Below are positions 57,991 through 64,000 of a stretch of 64,000 bases of DNA, one piece after another; positions within the stretch are counted from its first letter, which is position 1, and each line of letters opens with the position of its first letter. Under the pieces are notes generated by a model, which had not been told where the DNA came from, ran no database searches, and saw only the letters and a program-made list of their open reading frames with translations. Source of the DNA: Eledone cirrhosa (Eukaryota); contig OZ024746.1 in the NCBI GenBank assembly GCA_964016885.1, positions 34,410,001-34,474,000 on the forward strand, written 5' to 3'. The position numbers were made by a program, and so were the translations under genes.

Positions 57991-58050
57991 ACACCACTGA
58001 CGATGTTGCAGATGTGCAACGAAAGATTTATGTAAACTATATATATATGT
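57991..58050 (+). ncRNA. Hammerhead motif in PLE 3' UTR (mirror copy ~54640-54698, minus)
   Basis: CTGACGA(57997-58003)-t-GTTGCAgatgTGCAAC-GAAA-G.TTTAtgTAAAC-TA; stem I is poorly paired next to the cleavage site. Confidence 0.6.
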
Positions 58051-58300
58051 GTTTGTCTATATTGTATCTGTATTATTTTTGACCGCCGGTCAGTCAATGG
58101 CAACATTGAGGACCGAGTAAGTTAGATCACAGATATATATATATAAAAGACAGCGAGAAGCGAAAACCAACCAAACAGTGAGTGTGTTCTGTTATTAATT
58201 CTGGCAATATTACGCAAATATGACCCTCCCCAAATATAACAATATCTGTTTCGACACACGATTTCATATAAAAAACCTCGCAAAACTAATTCATCGCCGC

Positions 58301-58331
<31 letters not shown>

Positions 58332-58431
58332 TGCATGCATGTATGTTTGTATGTATGTATGTATGTATGTTTGTATGTATGTATGTATGTATGTATGTAT
58401 GTATGTATGTATGTATGTATGTATGTATGTA

Positions 58432-58985
58432 CAATCTGTCTCATGGTCGGGTCGTTGGCGACCAAACTGGCAACCCCACCAAGGTTTCCTGGTGAGGAGG
58501 GCGTCTTTGGAGATCCTGCAGGACTAAAAACAAAACCTGTCAAAGGGCAAAGAAGTCTTAAGAGTCAATGGCCATCCGAAATGACCGGGAGAGATTACCC
58601 ATTAGCCTTTGTCAAGGCAGAATTCTAGAAGGAAAACTCTGATATAACACCTGCAACCCTGATGGTGTCCAATGATGTTGACATGTTCTTCTTTTTGGTA
58701 AATATCATCTTCGTTAAGAGAGTGGGCCTGGCTTTGTGCAGTGCCTTTGCTCACTAAAAGGATTCACGGCACAGGCATTGCTGTATATCTGGAGATCGCT
58801 GCACTTGTCGTCACATGATACCATGGCCCCAGCACTGTGTCAATAATTGTCACAATTGTAGTGTTTGTACCAGAGTTTTCAAGTCGCTGGCTGGACTAAA
58901 AATCACACTCGTCAGCGCATCGGTAGGCGTTCTCCTACATGGATATAAAGTAGAGGCCGTACTTGAAAACGAATTGGCAGCCACC
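58432..58985 (+). mobile_element. Probable RTE-type 5' region or non-autonomous derivative
   Basis: 58440-58580 is homologous to 49790-49928; downstream [15 protein letters not shown] is C2H2-like; embedded in (GTAT)n. Confidence 0.45.
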
Positions 58986-59012
58986 ATGTATATATGTATG
59001 TATATATGTATG

Positions 59013-59073
<61 letters not shown>

Positions 59074-59076
<3 letters not shown>

Positions 59077-59583
59077 TATGTACACGTACATACATATATG
59101 TATACAGACGTACAGTAGTATGCATATATATATATATATATATATACATACATGCACACATGTATATATTTACGTATGGATTCACCGAACATTTATTATA
59201 ATGCTCGGTGTGTTTGTAAACAAAAATCCCGTATTAAGCCGTAGTATCCAGCAACCATCGTTGCTCGTTTGTTCAACACTGACAAAGGAACGCTGTACTA
59301 GTTTCAAGCTTATTAGCTATCGTCAGCAACGTATACCTTCCTGGAAGATTGTTGAACGTATATACTTGCCTTATGCATACTAACAGCTGAGAAGCCCAAT
59401 TTGCATATCGAGTGGATTATTCGGCCGGGTGCACCGACAAAGATAAACGGAAAAAAATGAAACGAAATTTCATTTCCCACTCTTAGTACGGCCGTTACTT
59501 AAATATAAGTATGTACACGTACATACATATATGTATACAGACGTACAGTAGTAGGTATATATATACATACATGCAAACATATA
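59074..59583 (-). mobile_element. Family C retrozyme-like element, 1.2 tandem units
   Basis: 59074-59150 recurs at 59507-59580 (period ~433 nt); circular permutation of 18203-18621. Confidence 0.8.
59290..59332 (-). ncRNA. Minimal type I hammerhead ribozyme motif
   Basis: Minus: ACGTTG-CTGACGA-t-AGCTaataAGCT-t-GAAA-CTAG-TA|CAGCGT. Confidence 0.8.
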
Positions 59584-59859
59584 TAACTTTACTGCAAAAC
59601 ATGGCGTCTAACCCTCAATCGATACTGCCAATCGAATAATAATAATAATAATAATAATGATTTCTTTATTACCCACAAGGTTTTACATAAAGTAGACATT
59701 AATGACAGAACAGGACAATACAGGACGGTACAAATGGGCATTTCTGCGTGTAAAAAAAAACAAGAAACAGTGGATGTAATAATAGAACGATGAAAAAATT
59801 CCCCAATAGGGGGGAGACTTCCGAGCGACATTGGTGGAGAAAGCCCATTACAAAGCCGC

Positions 59860-62800
59860 AGTGACCCTGATCACCAGGGCAAGTGCCCTCTCCCAGTTTT
59901 CCACCTTTAATTTACAGACACATACTCAGAGTAGGCCCCTTCACTCGGGCCATTCTTGCCTCTCTCACCCATCTTTCAACAAAATGCTGGGAAGAGAGCA
60001 CTTCCCTTCTACTCTGATTTTCCTTTTCAAATGAAATTTGAAAAAGTTAATCAGAGCATCACCGAGAGATAAGTGCTCGTCTTCAGCCCTTTCAAACGTG
60101 TCCACCTCCATGCCTGTAGAGTTTATCCCGAACTAGCAAAGCTCCTCGGTAGCACTGCCGGACCAGGGATTTCTGGAATTTGTCAATAGGCCCCGGCCCC
60201 AAAGTCCTTCCGAAGAGATTGGCTAGTTGATTTCCATCGACGCCTACAGTTTCTCCAAGTACGTCGTCGCACTTCCCCTCCACTAATCATCTATAGAACG
60301 CCAAGGTGGCGTTTTCACCGATCACATTGCCCGATTGGCCGAGGGCTGTGAGCGCCTGAAGATATTCCAGTCTCCAAACGCTCCCTCTCGGTCTTCGCTT
60401 GACACAGGACTGCAGCTCCGTCAAGGAGACGAGCTGGGGTAAGAATTGTCTAGCAAACGGCGACCACACCTGATTACCGTCGAGGAAGACGTGGAGATGA
60501 CGTAGACTGAGCGCGTGTCTGCGCATCATCAGCCACGGCATGCCCAGCCCTCCACGTAGCCGGTGTTGACAGCAGATGGACCGCCTGACCATCGGAGCGC
60601 GTCCCATCCACAAAAAGCGAAAGAGGAAACACTCCAGCGCAGTCAGGCGGGGCATAGGACAAGGTACGACGGTCAGGCGGTAGTAGATGACGGACACGAT
60701 GTACGCGTTACCCACCTCAGCTCAACCTTTCAGGGATAGCTTCCTCTCGGCCCATTTCTGGGTTAGAGAAGCCACCCTGCTCGTCACCTCATCCCAGTTT
60801 TTGTCCGTCTATTTTAACCGGTCCGTCCGTCCAGCGCCCGACGATGCTGTTTGACGGCACGGACCTGCCTCTCCAGGTGCCGAGCTGCAGGCCCACTGAC
60901 TTTTCCTGGTTGATCATTGCTCCTGTCACCGCTTCGTATTCTCTAAGTGTAGGGACGATCGCCTCGATGTGTTTGGCGTTCGACATCACTACGGTGACAT
61001 CGTCCGCATAAGTTGACACGGATCTTCCGCATCCTAGTTCGCGCGGGTCCCACCTCAACGTCTCCAATTTGTGCAGTAACGGCTCGAGAGTCAATACGTA
61101 CAATAGGGACGAGAGGGGACATCCTTGGCGGACCGAGCGCATGATGTTGAACGGTTCCGAAACGTGACCCTTCACTCTCACCACAGAGCAGATGTCGCTA
61201 TGCATGGAAGCGATCCAGCCTCTGAAGACGGGCCCAAAGCCAGACAGCCTCTGGACTGCCACTAGGTAACGATGGTCGACCCTATCGAAAGCTTTCGACT
61301 GATCTAAATTGATGAAGGAGCCACCCGTGCCAGGTTCCCTAGCTACCCTCTCTATGATGTATCGCATGAGGTGGAGGTTGTCGTGAATGTATCTGTCAGG
61401 AATGGCGCACGTCTGAGCCTCTGCCACCAGACCACCAACGACAAGCGCCAACCTCTTTGCTAGAACCTTGGCAAAAATCTTGAACTCTGTGTTTACTAGA
61501 GTTATGGGTCTGAAACTATCTATGTTATCCCACTTTTTCGGATCCTTTCTCAGCAGCGCCACAGTTCTTGGGCTCACAGAGCTGGGAATTCTCCCGTTCT
61601 GTTGCCAGTTGCAGTAGACGTCCGCCAAGAGACCTCCGAACAAGTCTGGCATCTGTACATATAGTTCATAGGGCAGACCATCCAAACCAGGCGATTTACC
61701 CCTTGCGCAGCCAGTCATTGCCTCCCGTACTGCAGCGGCTGTTATCGACTTTTCGCAAAACTCTGCCTCAGTGGCCGAGAGCCGCGGCAGTTCGTCGAGG
61801 TAGACACTAAAGTCCCCCCTCGATCCGGCCCGCCGCTGCCCCCGAACAGCTGTGCGAAATGTCGCTGAAAAGCTTGACACATTTGCCGGGGATCGAGCAG
61901 CATGCACCCGTCGTGGTCCACCAAAGACCGGATCGTGGCTTTGTTGCCACGAAGCGCCTCCGCCACTCTGGCCCATTGAACGGCTTTCGTCCCCGCGTGT
62001 CTGAGAGCACGCATCCTAGCACTGACAACACAGCCTTCGTGATTTGCATTGAAGAATTGGTCATGGGCAATTTCGCCGCAAGTACTTTGGTCGCGATTCC
62101 TTTGCTAAGCGCCTCGTCTAATTTTCTAACTAATTCTCCCTCTGCTCTATTTTTCTCTATTGCTAAAGTCTTACTAAACCTAATGGACTCTATTCTAATT
62201 GCTCTTTTCAGAGCAAACCACCACTTGTTGTTGACGATGGCCCCCGTCAACGCCCGCTTAACTAGTTCGCTAATCCGGTCTCTGTAGGCCTTGCGCGCTG
62301 GTAAGGACGCGTTTAGCTTCCAGTAGCCGGGTCCTCGTCTATGAAGCCTATCTAAGTCAAGCACACAAATCACGAATTCGTGGTCCGTGTAGCTGACTAT
62401 CTTGAAATGTGGACAGCCTATGCTAGACCTATCTATTTCCCTACAAAATACTCTATCTAGATATGATCTGGATGACCCTATGCGATTTGTCCAAGTCCAC
62501 ATTGGTACATACGGGAAATCCATTCAGTACCTGTCAGACAGTTCAAAACGTCTGAGCAGGTTGGTGAGACTCTTGCACCCTCCTTCCCTATCCACTAATC
62601 CCACACAATCCCGGCGTGCATCTAAGATCCCGTTCCAGTCGCCCACTAACACTAAAGAGCGGGACGTTCCAAGAAAGGTCTCCAGACGCCGGAAGAAATC
62701 AGGCCGCCCTGCTCCTGTCGGGGCATAGACGGCCACTAACCTGAAAGCTTGGCCGTCTCCGCTGGTCACGTCCAGCACCACCAACTTACCTTCTGGGTCC

Positions 62801-63093
62801 AGGAAGATGGCCCGTATGGCAAGATCCAAACCTCTCCAAAAAAGCACAGCAACTCCTCCCCCCGATCCCGGATGGCTGGGAGATGCGTACACATCGTAGC
62901 CGCCGAAGATCGGTGCGAAAGCCTGTGCTTCGAAGATTCTGGTCTCGCTGATGGCCACTACATCTATGTTTAGTGACCTGAGGTCGTTGAGCATGTGGCC
63001 CTGCTTCCATGACGACCCCAAGCACGCGCATTTATGCTGCCTATTCTGAGTGAGGTCATGTTGAAATGGAGTGGAAAAGATGGGAAAGACCAC
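59860..63093 (-). pseudogene. LINE ORF2 (endonuclease-RT), multiple frameshifts and stops
   Basis: Consecutive ORF pieces 62524-63093, 61807-62523, 61742-62014, 60789-61976, 60287-60715, 60092-60283. Confidence 0.9.
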
Positions 63094-64000
63094 TTACCTT
63101 ACTTCTCGTAGATGAAGGACGGTTTCTCCATTATTTTCACTGCTTGTGGCCTCCTCAGGAAGGATGTCCTTATAAATTCTCCTTGAGCGTGCTTGTCGGA
63201 AGTCTCCGATGTCTTGGGGGAATTTTTGTTTTAGTGTCATGTACGTTTTCTGCGTGATGCGAGTGATTTGTATGTGTGGAGGTGGTGTGAACTTTTGGGT
63301 TGTTGTGTAGTCTTTTTCTGTGATGCTGTTGTTGTGTTGGATGTAGTGTAATAATTGTTTGTTGTTCAAATTTAATTGTTTCTACTTTTGGCACAAGGCC
63401 AGCAATTACCCAGTGCATTACTGGTACTTTATTTTATCGACCCCGTAAGGATGAAAGGCAAAGGTTCAAATTTAATGCAGTGTAGTGTGTATCGCTTTGG
63501 TTGTTTTGTTTTGTTTGCGTTTGTTGTGGGTTTGTTTCTGTTTCGATTTTTGGTGACTTGTGTGGTGTAGGTGATGGTGGTGTTGGGGTTAATGATGGTG
63601 ATGGTGTTTGTGTTTGGGGTGATGGGGTTGGTGATGCTGGTGTGGATGGTGGCATATCTGTCCTAACTTTTTTGTTTGATAGTTTATTTGTTTCCCTCTG
63701 TATTTTGTTTTTGGAGGAGGAAGGAAGAGAATTTTTTTTCTTTTTTGGTTTCTTTTTTTCTTTTTTCCTGATACCGTTTCCCACTCCTCGTCGTCACAAT
63801 CTGTCTCCAATTGTGATAGGCCGGGGAGTGGAAAATCCTCCACGGGCGTTAGTTTTAGTTGTGGCGTGGTGGATGGTGTAGGCGCTGGTGCTAGTTCTGG
63901 CGCGTTGGGTGGTGGTGAGTGTGTTGGTTTTGCTACTGTTGTTGGGGTTGTTGCTGTTACAGTTGCTTCTGTTGTTGCTGATACAATTGTTGCTGCCATC
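63094..64000 (-). pseudogene. LINE ORF1 C-terminal part, interrupted by a SINE
   Basis: T/P/K-rich frame stopping immediately before ORF2; ...HYTALNLN joins LNNKQLL once the SINE and one TSD are removed. Confidence 0.65.
63377..63463 (-). mobile_element. 5'-truncated S2 SINE with 13-bp TSD
   Basis: GTTCAAATTTAAT at 63364-63376 and 63464-63476. Confidence 0.88.

Larger units (their letters stand above)
54444..58300 (+). mobile_element. Young Penelope-like retroelement with inverted 5' arm and 3' tail
   Basis: 54444-55494 is the reverse complement of ~57196-58245; 55-nt unpaired tail 58246-58300; (TA)n on both sides. Confidence 0.96.
59635..64000 (-). mobile_element. Tx1/L1-clade LINE, decayed; runs off the window
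   Basis: APE endonuclease (VAISET, VAVYAP, VGDWN, SYLDR, YTDH, GYWKLN), RT (KSPGLDG, RPITLVN, LDQSKAFDRV, VRQGCPLS, YADD, GGLGMP), AATAAA and (ATT)n tail at 59635-59670. Confidence 0.93.

Noticed and set aside
54444-58300. Inverted arms as an assembly artefact or DNA-transposon TIRs
   Set aside because: The arms carry substitutions, end at family-specific points seen in other copies and match known PLE architecture; no transposase. Long reads would still be the definitive check.

Overview
Eukaryotic, very AT-rich and microsatellite-rich DNA with no recognisable host exon. The SINE motifs resemble Octopus-type families, so a cephalopod origin is inferred. Nearly all ORFs in the track are translations of (TA)n, (CA)n or (GA)n repeats. 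The real content is retroelements: (1) a very young, 5'-truncated Penelope-like element (PLE; uninterrupted RT + GIY-YIG frame 55507-57720) with a ~1.05-kb inverted 3' arm, plus an older copy and short derivatives; (2) decayed Naiad-type PLEs; (3) RTE LINE fragments, one with a 5' inversion and a 12-bp TSD; (4) a decayed Tx1/L1-type LINE; (5) two tRNA-derived SINE families. The main signal is a swarm of type I hammerhead ribozyme (HHR) motifs from about ten different sequence families. They sit in short non-coding elements inserted in (TA)n, usually as asymmetric fold-backs, and some show tandem or circularly permuted monomers of ~280 and ~420-430 nt. This looks like a retrozyme-like system mobilised by PLEs. 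All structures were read by eye; no folding or database search was run.
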